Shown: positions 8,636 to 17,980, numbered from the stretch's first letter. The stretch is DNA of 49,060 bases from Clostridiales bacterium (GCA_918285425.1 CAKJZE010000049.1:1-49060), one strand, 5' to 3'. Notes: generated by a model from the letters alone, not told the origin. Translations and numbers: made by a program.

Positions 8636-9649
8636 TTAAGATTTTTCTTTTTGATCTGGTGCATTATTTTTCATGTTGTTAAGCAATTTTTCACACTCTG
8701 GTATAAATTCTTTATAAGAGCCTTTTGGCCTAAAGTCAGTGTTATATCCAAATTTTCCATTTGCAATTTGCATAAATCCATCTTGAGTCAACACCACATT
8801 TTGTACGGCATTCCCCCACCATTTCTCCCAAGCCAAGATTTCTGCAGTAGGCTCTACCAAATCTTTTGCTGGAGGGTTGACTTTAATATTAAACATTTTA
8901 CCTGCCTGTTGAATTAAGTATTGTAATTGATAATTTTTCATCAAGACTTGATTTTCAAACACAGGGTTTTCTTCTTGAGTATATTGATCATAAATATTTA
9001 AAATTTCTTTTCTTGTAGCAACAATAAGCAAATACATCTCAAGTTCACTTTTTGTCTGCAAGCTTTCCACAAATTCTGGTTTTAAACCTGCTGGATAATT
9101 TCCAACTTTTAACTTCTTGCCTATCTTTTTTATATCATATGAAGGGTGATAAATTTTAACGTCATCAACATTTTCCTTCATCACATACAATATAAATGCA
9201 AGATCATATAAACTTCTTTCAGGATCATAAGTATTCCACATAATTTCATGCATGCCATAACTGCTGTAATACACTTCAAATATAGGGGCAGTAAATATAA
9301 CCTCTCTATCGCCTGATTTTAATTTTGGAGATTTTGAATTTTTATCAACATTCCACATGATTGGATTAAGAGTTTTTACAAGTAACTTTTCTTCATCACG
9401 TCCCGGCGCATTTGTACGCAAGATCATGCTTCTTTGAAAGTTAAAAATGATTTCAACATAAATATTATTTAAATATCCACTGATGCGTCTTTGATCATCA
9501 CTTTCAACAGGCTCTACCTCTATGTCAATGTTATAAATAAACCCATTTTTCTCAAACTGATCGTAAAGATAATCAACAAGGTCATACTCATTGTCAATAT
9601 ATAAATGTCTGTTTATAATGTTGTTTTTTGTTTCCATATTTACACCCAT
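8636..9649 (-). CDS. Hypothetical protein (alternative start ATG at 9637, METKNN)
   Basis: 337-aa ORF with ordinary amino-acid composition. No domain was recognised by eye. Confidence 0.5.
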   Translation of the reverse strand: MGVNMETKNNIINRHLYIDNEYDLVDYLYDQFEKNGFIYNIDIEVEPVESDDQRRISGYLNNIYVEIIFNFQRSMILRTNAPGRDEEKLLVKTLNPIMWNVDKNSKSPKLKSGDREVIFTAPIFEVYYSSYGMHEIMWNTYDPERSLYDLAFILYVMKENVDDVKIYHPSYDIKKIGKKLKVGNYPAGLKPEFVESLQTKSELEMYLLIVATRKEILNIYDQYTQEENPVFENQVLMKNYQLQYLIQQAGKMFNIKVNPPAKDLVEPTAEILAWEKWWGNAVQNVVLTQDGFMQIANGKFGYNTDFRPKGSYKEFIPECEKLLNNMKNNAPDQKEKS

Positions 9650-9706
9650 TACTTACATTATACAACAATAAGTTATATATTTCAAGACCCAATTTAAAAA
9701 GCAGGT

Positions 9707-10561
9707 TTAATCCTGCTTTTCCTCTAAAACAACTTTATCTTTATACGCATATATCTGTATTGTTTTAAGTCCATCATAGACGATTATTGCTTCATATTTC
9801 CCGTTCGAATTCAATGTGACTGCTGCTTCCAGATCTTTTTTAAAATCATCACCATCTAAATGAAAAAATGTTGCAATAATTTCATCTGACTTTTGAGCTA
9901 TTGTTACATTAACGTTACAATCAAACAGACCAAGTTTATCATCAAGTTCATAAATCTCGTTTTGCATAATTTCCCTTAATTTGACAACACAGTTAAAAGT
10001 AAAATTAAAATCATTATATGTTACAGTTGCAACGGCGGCAGTATTGTATTCACCAGACCACGCAATTTCCACAGTTGCATCTTTAAGTTTAACAACTTTC
10101 TCTTCACCATTGCTGTAAAGCACAGTGAAGTCCACATCATCAAGACAGTCATTTTCCCCATCAAATACAACAATGTTTGTTTGCTTTACTGTTGCAGACT
10201 TAATATAAACCGCCTTCACTTCATATTGAAAAGTGAAATTTTGACTTAAGTATGATATAACAAAACTTTTTGTTCCAACAGAAGAGGTGTCAAGCACATT
10301 TCTGTAAACATCACCCAGCTTAAAAGTTTGTGAAGATTGGTCAGAAAAGTTAATTGTAACATCATAAAGCTGAAGATTTATTGCTTCACCAACAAAAAAC
10401 TCATCAGTGTAAAACGCATCTTCAATAACAATACTTTGCACTTGTTTTTGTGTTGAATTGTTATTTGCATTTTCTTTATCTGATCCTGCACATGAGCAAC
10501 ATGTTATAATGACAAACGCAAAAAGAAAAATGTATAATCCCTTCTTAATAAACTTTTTCAT
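9707..10561 (-). CDS. Putative lipoprotein, beta-rich
   Basis: Start placed at ATG 10561 (MKKFIKKGLYIFLFAFVIITCCSCAGS), which gives a signal peptide with cysteines at the cleavage region. The rest is beta-strand-like repeat sequence. Confidence 0.6.
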   Translation of the reverse strand: MKKFIKKGLYIFLFAFVIITCCSCAGSDKENANNNSTQKQVQSIVIEDAFYTDEFFVGEAINLQLYDVTINFSDQSSQTFKLGDVYRNVLDTSSVGTKSFVISYLSQNFTFQYEVKAVYIKSATVKQTNIVVFDGENDCLDDVDFTVLYSNGEEKVVKLKDATVEIAWSGEYNTAAVATVTYNDFNFTFNCVVKLREIMQNEIYELDDKLGLFDCNVNVTIAQKSDEIIATFFHLDGDDFKKDLEAAVTLNSNGKYEAIIVYDGLKTIQIYAYKDKVVLEEKQD

Positions 10562-10633
10562 ATCAAGCAAAATTATACAAATTTCAACAAAATGTGTCAA
10601 TAAATATTCGTCAAAATTCGTCAAAAATTGACA

Positions 10634-11182
10634 TTACTTTTTTGACTCAATATATCTTATAACTTCATTTTTAAACTTTCTTTTACTGCAGTTACCAAGT
10701 ATATAGTGGTCAGCAATACCAATAGGTCCACCTTTTTCAATATTTTCAATCTCTGCAATATCACGCGCAAGCGACTCTTCCGCTGTAAGTGGTCTGAAAG
10801 ACCTTATTGCCAATCTTTCACGACGAAGTGGTGCATCAGTTGCAATGCAAAGCACCTCAAAGTCGTCGCCAAATTTTTCTTTAATTACCTTATATTCACT
10901 CCAAGAATACATGCTTTCAATAACAACATTTCCCTTTTTATGTTCTTTTTCAATCCTTGGCAAGAATATTCTTGCATAAATTCCCTTATCCCCACTTGCA
11001 CGCAACTGTTCTCGCACTTTTTTCTCGTTTTCAGGGTTGATTTCAAGTCCAAGCTCCTTCATTTTCAAAAATGTAGCTTCCCCAAAATAAATTTTTGTCC
11101 AGCCACGTTTTTCAAACTCTTCAACAGCAACACTCTTACCGCTGCCGCACATACCAACAACGGCGATTATCTTATGTCCCAT
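10634..11182 (-). CDS. P-loop nucleotide/nucleoside kinase-like protein (dephospho-CoA-kinase/UPF0200-like)
   Basis: 182 aa with Walker A VVGMCGSGKS at the N-terminus. Size and layout are typical of small nucleotide kinases. Confidence 0.55.
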   Translation of the reverse strand: MGHKIIAVVGMCGSGKSVAVEEFEKRGWTKIYFGEATFLKMKELGLEINPENEKKVREQLRASGDKGIYARIFLPRIEKEHKKGNVVIESMYSWSEYKVIKEKFGDDFEVLCIATDAPLRRERLAIRSFRPLTAEESLARDIAEIENIEKGGPIGIADHYILGNCSKRKFKNEVIRYIESKK

Positions 11183-11262
11183 AGTTTTTCCTCCACTATG
11201 TCAATTATGATAAATAAAAGGCAACTTGTCAACAAATAATTGCATTTTTAGATGATTATAAT

Positions 11263-11291
11263 TTGAAAAATCAGTAAAAATGTTGTATAAT
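11263..11291 (+). promoter_or_regulatory. Sigma-A-type promoter for comFC
   Basis: TTGAAA (11263-11268), a 17-nt spacer and TATAAT (11286-11291). The ORF-track ATG at 11280 lies inside this promoter. Confidence 0.5.
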
Positions 11292-11300
11292 AGCACTGTT

Positions 11301-12038
11301 ATGATAAAAGAAGAGTTAAAACGTAAATTAAATAGTGTGGAAGATTTTTTGTTTCCGGCACACAGTTGCCTTTGCTGTGGATCAGAGTGTGACACTTTTG
11401 ATGGTTACCGCATATGTTCAAGATGTGCACCAAAACTTCGCAAAATTGATCACAACTTTTGCCAAAAATGTGGAACACTTATTAAAGGTGACTATGCCCT
11501 TTGCTTGCACTGCATGGATATTGAAAGACACTTTAACAAAGCAAGATCAATCTATGTCTATGACGAGAATTTTGCTCCAATTATTCTTAAAATGAAGTTT
11601 GGCAAAGCAAAATCACCATCAATTGCAATTGGGAAAATGCTGGCAGACTATTTTGCTGAAAGCGACCTTTTGGGTGAAGTTGTAACTTTTGTACCAATGC
11701 CAACATCTCGTCAAAAAGATCGTGGCTATAACCAAGCAGAAGAAATCTGCAAACAGTTCTCACTTCTAACTGAAATACCTATGGTTGATACACTTAATAA
11801 ACAGGAAACAGCGTATAAACAGGCAAAGCTTGGCTATGATGAAAGGCAACAAAACATTATCAATACTTTCAGCATAAAAGATAAATCCCTTGTGAAAAAC
11901 AAATGCGTACTGCTAATTGATGATGTCATCACAACCGGTGCCACTGTTTCAGAGTGTGCAAAAGTTCTTCTTAAAGCAGGGGCAAAACAAGTTGATGTTC
12001 TTTCTGTTGCCCACACTGCACTTGAATATGATAAGTAA
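11301..12038 (+). CDS. comFC: ComF family protein (double zinc ribbon + phosphoribosyltransferase domain)
   Basis: CLCCGSEC...CSRC and CQKCG...CLHC zinc ribbons plus the C-terminal PRTase motif VLLIDDVITTGAT. Start moved to ATG 11301 because 11280 lies inside the predicted promoter. Confidence 0.8.
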   Translation: MIKEELKRKLNSVEDFLFPAHSCLCCGSECDTFDGYRICSRCAPKLRKIDHNFCQKCGTLIKGDYALCLHCMDIERHFNKARSIYVYDENFAPIILKMKFGKAKSPSIAIGKMLADYFAESDLLGEVVTFVPMPTSRQKDRGYNQAEEICKQFSLLTEIPMVDTLNKQETAYKQAKLGYDERQQNIINTFSIKDKSLVKNKCVLLIDDVITTGATVSECAKVLLKAGAKQVDVLSVAHTALEYDK

Positions 12039-12158
12039 TTCAATTTTTCGTCATAAAAGTTTAATTATAATCAAAATTTACACATAAATAAAAATTGAAT
12101 TTTTCAATATTCTTTACAAATAAACATATTTATTATATTATTTATATGAGGTAGAAAA

Positions 12159-14840
12159 ATGGGACTTATAAATTTCTTTGCTAATTTTGATAACAGAAGA
12201 AGCTTAAAAAAGCTTAATAAAATAGCAATGCAAGTTGAGGCTTTGGAAGAAAAATATTTTTCAATGAGTGATGAAGAACTTAAAAGCCAAACTGACATTT
12301 TAAAAGACAGACTTAAAAAAGGTGAAACTCTTGATGACATTTTGCCAGATGCCTATGCAGTCGTGCGTGAGGCATCTTTCCGTGTGCTTAAAATGAAACA
12401 CTTTCATGTTCAGATAATTGGTGGTATTGTTTTGCACCAAGGCCGTATTGCAGAAATGAAAACTGGTGAAGGAAAGACACTTGTTTCCACCCTTCCTGCA
12501 TATTTAAATGCACTTTCTGGAAAACCTGTGCACATCGTGACAGTAAACGAATACCTTGCGAAACGTGACGCAGAGTGGATGGGAAAAATCCATCGTTTTC
12601 TTGGTCTTAAAGTTGGGGTTGTCTATGCAAACCAACCAAAAGAAGAAAAATGCGAAGCATATAAAGCAGACATAACCTATGGAACAAACAGCGAATTTGG
12701 CTTTGACTATTTGCGTGACAACATGGCACAATCCCGTGCAGAAATGATGATGCGTGGCCTTGAATTTGCTATTGTGGACGAGGTGGACAGTATCTTAATT
12801 GATGAAGCAAGAACTCCCCTTATTCTATCTGGCCCATCAGGTGACAGCAGTGAAGAGTATGAAGTTGCCTGCAGATTTGCAAAATCTCTTAAAAGCTCTG
12901 ACGTAGATATTGATGAAAAGAAAAAGACAATCCACCTGACAGAATCAGGTGTTGCAAAAGCTGAAAGATTTTATCATCTTGACAACCTTTCAGATATGGA
13001 CAATTTGGAAGTTAACCATAACATAAACAACGCTATTCGTGCCCGCTTTATGATGAAACGTGACAACGATTATATCGTTCATGATGGCGAAGTGTTGATT
13101 GTTGATGAGTTCACTGGACGTATCATGGTTGGTCGTCGCTATTCAGATGGATTGCATCAGGCTATTGAAGCAAAAGAGGGTGTTAAAATCAATGCAGAAA
13201 ATAAAACTCTTGCAACTGTAACTTTGCAAAATTTCTTTAAAATGTACACAAAAATAAGTGGTATGACAGGTACTGCCAAAACTGAAGAAGCAGAGTTTAG
13301 AGATATCTATGGCCTTGACGTTGTGACAATTCCAACCAACTCGCCAGTAAAACGTATTGACGCCAATGACAAGTTTTATTTCTCTCATGATGCAAAAATA
13401 AGGGCAATTTGTGAAGATATTAAAGACTGCTTTGAAAGACAACAGCCAGTTCTTGTTGGTACTATAACAGTTGAAAAAAGTGAGGAACTTTCAAAAGCTC
13501 TTCGAAAAATGAAGATACCTCACAATGTTTTAAACGCCAAAAACCACCAAAAAGAAGCAGAAATAATTGCCCAAGCCGGCCGTCTTGGTGCTGTCACAAT
13601 TGCAACTAACATGGCTGGTCGTGGAACAGATATCATGCTTGGTGGTAACAGTGAGTTTAAAGCCAAAGATGCAATGAAAAAACAAGGATTTGAAGAAGAT
13701 ATTATTGAACTTGCTTCTTCATACTTCCCTGTAAAAACTGAAGAAGATCAAAATGCTCGTCAAGTTTATCAAAATCTTAAAGAAGAATTTGACAAAGAAG
13801 TCAAGGAAGAGAAAGAGAAAGTTGTTGAGCTTGGCGGTCTTAAAATAATAGGTACTGAAAGACATGAGTCAAGACGTATTGACAACCAGCTTCGTGGTCG
13901 TTCAGGACGTCAAGGTGACCCAGGATACTCTGTGTTTTACATATCCGCTGATGACGACCTTGCAAGAATTTTTGGCTCTGAAAGACTTAAGAAAATGGCA
14001 GCATTTTTGAAACTTGATGAGGACACTTCAATCAACTGGAGATTCTTTAGTCGCAGTGTTGAAACAGCACAAAAACGTGTTGAAGGTCACAACTTCAGTA
14101 TTCGTAAACAAGTTGTTGAATATGACAACGTGCTCAACCGTCAACGTGAAGAAGTCTATAAAGAACGTAATCGTATTATTGATGGCGAAGATGTGCATGA
14201 TAAAATTTTGCAGATGATCCGCGAAGTAGTTGACCAAACAGTATATGAATACGACAATGACAAACAGCCTGAAGAGGTTGACCAAGATGCCTTTAATGCA
14301 GAGCTTGAACGCAGAATGCTTGAGCCAGGCACTTCATTTATCACTACTGAAACTCTTACAAAATATTCATCACGTGAACTTGCAGAAGAAATTTATGCCC
14401 TTGCAGTCCAAAGATATGAGAAGAAAAAGGAAGAAACCGAGAAACAAGGTGCAGACTTTGCAAAGGTTGAACGCCACTTCTTACTTAACATAATGGACAG
14501 AAAATGGATTGACCATATTGACGATATGGAGCTTCTCCGTCAAGGCGTTGGCCTTCGCGCATATGGAAACAAAAATCCAATCACTGTCTATCAGCAAGAA
14601 GGTTTTGACATGTTTGATGAAATGATCTCCGCAATGCGCAGAGATGTCGCAAATATCTTGATGAGTGTCAAAATCCAAGTTGGTCCAAGACCTGCCCCAC
14701 TCCCTGGTAAAAAATTTCCAAAGCCAAATGCAACAGCCCCACAAGGCACAGTTGTAAACAAAGGCAAACAAATCGGCAGAAACGATCCATGTCCATGTGG
14801 CAGTGGAAAGAAATACAAAAACTGCTGCGGACGTGTTTAA
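12159..14840 (+). CDS. secA: Preprotein translocase ATPase SecA
   Basis: 893 aa with MKTGEGKTLV Walker A, DEVDSILIDEARTPLI, TNMAGRGTDI, and the C-terminal zinc-binding CPCGSGKKYKNCCG. A GAGGT RBS precedes the ATG. Confidence 0.97.
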   Translation: MGLINFFANFDNRRSLKKLNKIAMQVEALEEKYFSMSDEELKSQTDILKDRLKKGETLDDILPDAYAVVREASFRVLKMKHFHVQIIGGIVLHQGRIAEMKTGEGKTLVSTLPAYLNALSGKPVHIVTVNEYLAKRDAEWMGKIHRFLGLKVGVVYANQPKEEKCEAYKADITYGTNSEFGFDYLRDNMAQSRAEMMMRGLEFAIVDEVDSILIDEARTPLILSGPSGDSSEEYEVACRFAKSLKSSDVDIDEKKKTIHLTESGVAKAERFYHLDNLSDMDNLEVNHNINNAIRARFMMKRDNDYIVHDGEVLIVDEFTGRIMVGRRYSDGLHQAIEAKEGVKINAENKTLATVTLQNFFKMYTKISGMTGTAKTEEAEFRDIYGLDVVTIPTNSPVKRIDANDKFYFSHDAKIRAICEDIKDCFERQQPVLVGTITVEKSEELSKALRKMKIPHNVLNAKNHQKEAEIIAQAGRLGAVTIATNMAGRGTDIMLGGNSEFKAKDAMKKQGFEEDIIELASSYFPVKTEEDQNARQVYQNLKEEFDKEVKEEKEKVVELGGLKIIGTERHESRRIDNQLRGRSGRQGDPGYSVFYISADDDLARIFGSERLKKMAAFLKLDEDTSINWRFFSRSVETAQKRVEGHNFSIRKQVVEYDNVLNRQREEVYKERNRIIDGEDVHDKILQMIREVVDQTVYEYDNDKQPEEVDQDAFNAELERRMLEPGTSFITTETLTKYSSRELAEEIYALAVQRYEKKKEETEKQGADFAKVERHFLLNIMDRKWIDHIDDMELLRQGVGLRAYGNKNPITVYQQEGFDMFDEMISAMRRDVANILMSVKIQVGPRPAPLPGKKFPKPNATAPQGTVVNKGKQIGRNDPCPCGSGKKYKNCCGRV

Positions 14841-14873
14841 GCTTAAATTTAGCACATAAGTGCGTTCTTTAAA

Positions 14874-14933
14874 AAATTTCCAGACAGTCATTTACGAAAG
14901 TAAAATCGTGCCTGGAAATTTTTGTTTTTTTTT
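14874..14933 (+). terminator. Probable terminator after secA (long-loop hairpin plus T-run)
   Basis: aaatttccag...(28 nt)...ctggaaattt followed by ttgttttttttt. Confidence 0.5.
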
Positions 14934-15016
14934 ATATTCGAAAACTTAAAATATCTGATTATTATTTGACTAATTTAATAAATCATAGTAAAATTTGCTT
15001 AAAGGAGCATAAACAA

Positions 15017-15781
15017 ATGATACTTGAAGAGTTTGATGAAACAAAAAATTCAACTTTCGATCCGGAAGAGGTCGTAAACGTTATACCTGACTTTCCCAAA
15101 ATCGGAGTTTCTTGTTTTTCTGTTAAATTGTTTAATCAATTAGTAATGAAATTCAACGCAGAAAAAATTACGCAAGTAAAAAACGGCAACGGATTTTTTG
15201 ACATATATAAAATAAAATATGAAGGTAAAGAACTTGCCTTATTTATGTCTGTTATTGGCGCACCTGGTTGTATCGCAGAATATGAGGAACTTTTTGTAAT
15301 GGGACTGGAAAAAATTGTGGTTTTTGGAACTTGCGGGGTGCTTGACAGAAACATTGATGACCTTGCGATAATAATACCAAACTCTGCAGTCCGTGATGAA
15401 GGCACAAGCTATCACTATTTAAAAGCCTCTGACGAAATTGAAGTAAATCCAAAATATAAAGATGTATTTATAAATCTTGTAAAACAACATAACTATACTT
15501 ACATAGTTGGCAAAACTTGGACCACAGATGCAGTTTATCGTGAAACAAGAAAAAAAGTTATGGACAGAAAAAAACGAGGATGCATATGCGTAGAAATGGA
15601 ATGCTCTGCCCTTGCTGCTCTTGCGAAGTTCAGAAATAAAGATATTTTCCAATTTTTCTATGCTGCGGACAACCTTGACAGTGCAAAATGGGACAAAAGA
15701 TCACTTGGCAACGAAGAAAAACTCAGCGATAAAGAAAAAATTGGTCTACTTGCAATCAAGTTCGCAGTAAGTTTGGATTGA
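15017..15781 (+). CDS. Nucleoside phosphorylase (PNP_UDP_1 family, uridine/purine nucleoside phosphorylase-like)
   Basis: Start placed at ATG 15017, preceded by AAAGGAG; the ORF-track TTG at 14966 has no RBS. FGTCGVL, RDEGTSYHY and VEMECSALAALA are motifs of the family. Confidence 0.7.
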   Translation: MILEEFDETKNSTFDPEEVVNVIPDFPKIGVSCFSVKLFNQLVMKFNAEKITQVKNGNGFFDIYKIKYEGKELALFMSVIGAPGCIAEYEELFVMGLEKIVVFGTCGVLDRNIDDLAIIIPNSAVRDEGTSYHYLKASDEIEVNPKYKDVFINLVKQHNYTYIVGKTWTTDAVYRETRKKVMDRKKRGCICVEMECSALAALAKFRNKDIFQFFYAADNLDSAKWDKRSLGNEEKLSDKEKIGLLAIKFAVSLD

Positions 15782-15813
15782 CAATAAAAATAAAATAATA
15801 ATGAGAAACACTT

Positions 15814-16149
15814 ATGACACATAAAATGAAACTTCAGCCGGCACCATTTGAAAGTATAAAGAATGGTTTAAAAACAATAGAAATTCGTCTTTACGATGAA
15901 AAAAGACAACTTGTTAAAATCGGTGACAACATACTTTTTATCAGCAGGACAGATGGTGAAACAATTTTAACCCAAGTTGTTGCGCTTCACAAATTTAAAA
16001 ATTTTGCAGACCTTTACAAAAGTTTTGACAAAGTTGCACTTGGCTACAACATTGATGAGATTGCTAATTCAAACGACATGGCAAAATACTACACAAAAGA
16101 AGATCAAGACAAATACGGCGTTGTCGGCATTGAATTAAAAAATTTATAA
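15814..16149 (+). CDS. ASCH domain protein
   Basis: 111 aa. MKLQPAPFESIKNGLKTIEIRLYDEKRQLVKIGDNILF is a typical ASCH N-terminal beta-barrel pattern. Confidence 0.65.
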   Translation: MTHKMKLQPAPFESIKNGLKTIEIRLYDEKRQLVKIGDNILFISRTDGETILTQVVALHKFKNFADLYKSFDKVALGYNIDEIANSNDMAKYYTKEDQDKYGVVGIELKNL

Positions 16150-16151
16150 AC

Positions 16152-16186
16152 AAAAATCCACAACTAATTAAAATTGTGGATTTTTT
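16152..16186. terminator. Bidirectional hairpin terminator between convergent genes
   Basis: aaaaatccacaa-ctaattaaaa-ttgtggatttttt, with an A-run on one side and a T-run on the other. Confidence 0.6.
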
Positions 16187-16215
16187 ATATTTGCAAATAT
16201 ATATACATATCGCCG

Positions 16216-16246
16216 TTCTGCACTTAGATGAGTGAAATTTAGCCTG
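16216..16246. repeat. Direct repeat copy 1 (TTCTGCACTTAGATGAGTGAAATTT + AGCCTG)
   Basis: The 25-nt core differs at one position from the copy at 16370-16394, and a similar GCCTG/CCCTG tail follows both copies. Confidence 0.8.
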
Positions 16247-16369
16247 CACACTAATCTTGTAAACACTGTTTCCACTTTTCAGGGTAAAGTTTGCGTATAT
16301 AAGAAAGAAACAAGATTGATCGACGCGCGATTTTATATTTAATAAATGAGTGTGTCGAGAAATCAAAGT

Positions 16370-16400
16370 TTCTGCACTTAGATGCGTGAAATTTGCCCTG
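16370..16400. repeat. Direct repeat copy 2 (TTCTGCACTTAGATGCGTGAAATTT + GCCCTG)
   Basis: See copy 1. This copy lies 154 bp downstream and ends 5 nt from the stop codon of the convergent 16405-17748 gene. Confidence 0.8.
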
Positions 16401-16404
16401 AAAA

Positions 16405-17748
16405 TTAGCCTATGATAAATAGTGGTTTTACCCTTAATTTTGACCTGTCCATTCTGAAACCTTCAATTCTGCCGTCGTTACTTATCTTCATTGAAACGCC
16501 ATAATTTGATAATGTTTTTGCCGCTGCAAGACGTCCGCCGCCAGTACTGCCTGCCTCTATCTTTATAATTGCACCCACAGCCATTATATTGCCTTCATAA
16601 TCAACAATAGTTGCACCATCGATTGCAATTAACTCTTGACGAAGTTTACGGCTGAGTTCCTGAAATTTTCGTCCATTTATAATCTTTATAAGTGCTGCAG
16701 ATTTATTGCACCTGTCCTCTTTCAAAAATTCTTCATATGGCTGAATGTCATTCACTTCTTCATCTGTAAGTTTGAAGAAAGATTGGTTTATTGCCTCTTG
16801 CATTTTAAACTCATAGCCGTCTTTAAAAAGTATGTCATCTGCACTGATATGTTTAAGGACATTATACTTATCATTATTATTGACATGCACCAAACATCCA
16901 CCATTTCTTGCAAAAGAAGTGTCAAGTGCGGAAAGATAGATTGCACGGCGAAGTTCCTCAACTTCTCCACTGCGTTCTGCCAGTTTACCAATAATCTCCT
17001 CATGAGAGAAGCACACCCATGCACCATTTCTTTTCGCAAACAAAAGCTGTTTATCTTTAAATACAAGCACATCACCATCTGCATTAAGTCCAACTCCAAC
17101 CTTACTGCCTGTGCAAAGTGAAGCAAGATTAAGATATTCATAAGGCGTAAGCAAATCTTCTTTCACCTGCTTTGTAAACGATTGATACCCCACCAAATAT
17201 CCATCAGAAGATATCTCAATACCAGTATGCGTTCCATCAGACAACAACGCTATAAAATCTTGCTTTAATATTTGTGTTATTTTCATGTTTGGGTTTATGT
17301 CTTTTGGTGCCTTTTTATTTGTTATTATAAATCCAAATTTTGCTTTTTTACCTTCATAAGTCCTAAGACTCCATGTCGTTACAAGTGAAAGCACTTTTTC
17401 AAGAGTTCTGTGCGCACTGGTGGTCAGGGCTTTACAAATTGCACGCTGAATAACAGAACTCTCAAGTCCATGAATATATGCTTTTTCCAGTCCTGCACGA
17501 TAGATGTTTTGCATCTCATCAATAATTGATTTTACAAGTGAAATTTCAAAAGTTTTAAAAGGTTGTACACGCTTTACAATGAAGCGGTAGTCATCGTCTT
17601 TATCAAATTTGACCAAAAGAGACCCACCAGCGCCTTGCGCGACGCACGCGTCCCTTGGTCCAGACTCCTCTTCCCCAACAATTTCAGAGCCTGTGAACAT
17701 AGAGAGTATATTATCTTGTAGAAATGTGGTGAAGCGCTCTCTTTTCAT
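16405..17748 (-). CDS. Hypothetical protein with C-terminal DisA_N/diadenylate-cyclase-like domain (degenerate RHR motif)
   Basis: 447 aa. The C-terminus IAIDGATIVDYEGNIMAVGAIIKIEAGSTGGGRLAAAKTLSNYGVSMKISNDGRIEGF aligns by eye with CdaA LHDGAVIM...GTRHRAAVGISEVTD..VSEETGGVS. DGA is retained, while GTRHR is replaced by GGGRL. Confidence 0.5.
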   Translation of the reverse strand: MKRERFTTFLQDNILSMFTGSEIVGEEESGPRDACVAQGAGGSLLVKFDKDDDYRFIVKRVQPFKTFEISLVKSIIDEMQNIYRAGLEKAYIHGLESSVIQRAICKALTTSAHRTLEKVLSLVTTWSLRTYEGKKAKFGFIITNKKAPKDINPNMKITQILKQDFIALLSDGTHTGIEISSDGYLVGYQSFTKQVKEDLLTPYEYLNLASLCTGSKVGVGLNADGDVLVFKDKQLLFAKRNGAWVCFSHEEIIGKLAERSGEVEELRRAIYLSALDTSFARNGGCLVHVNNNDKYNVLKHISADDILFKDGYEFKMQEAINQSFFKLTDEEVNDIQPYEEFLKEDRCNKSAALIKIINGRKFQELSRKLRQELIAIDGATIVDYEGNIMAVGAIIKIEAGSTGGGRLAAAKTLSNYGVSMKISNDGRIEGFRMDRSKLRVKPLFIIG

Positions 17749-17915
17749 ATTTTAACCCCTGCAAAGTTAACAAAATTCTTTATATATATTCATATTAACA
17801 TACAAAATTGTAAAATTCATCTATTTTTAAGAATTTTTTTGAAAATTTTTAAGTTTTTTCAGACATTTTATTTAATTTTTGCATTTTTTGTTTATTAGCA
17901 GCACTAAAAATTCAT

Positions 17916-17944
17916 TTGACATAAAAATTTTTCTTCTGTACAAT
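17916..17944 (+). promoter_or_regulatory. Sigma-A-type promoter for the hydrogenase gene
   Basis: TTGACA (17916-17921), a 17-nt spacer and TACAAT (17939-17944), 37 nt upstream of the ATG. Confidence 0.5.
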
Positions 17945-17980
17945 AATTATATTAAAGTAAAAGGCGAAATATAGTATTTT

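Noticed and set aside
14966-15016. TTG-initiated 17-aa N-terminal extension of the nucleoside phosphorylase. Similar long-form starts were considered at 4513, 10624, 24032, 31665, 41244 and 41707.
   Set aside because: Each has an internal ATG preceded by a strong Shine-Dalgarno sequence at proper spacing. The extensions add no recognisable sequence and, in several cases, would bury a signal peptide.
16216-16400. Possibility that the repeated 25-31-mer is a CRISPR array, relevant because of the HEPN-like gene elsewhere in the window.
   Set aside because: There are only two copies 154 bp apart, the repeat has no internal dyad, there are no cas genes, and the site is 12 kb from the HEPN-like gene. 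It is kept only as an unexplained direct repeat.
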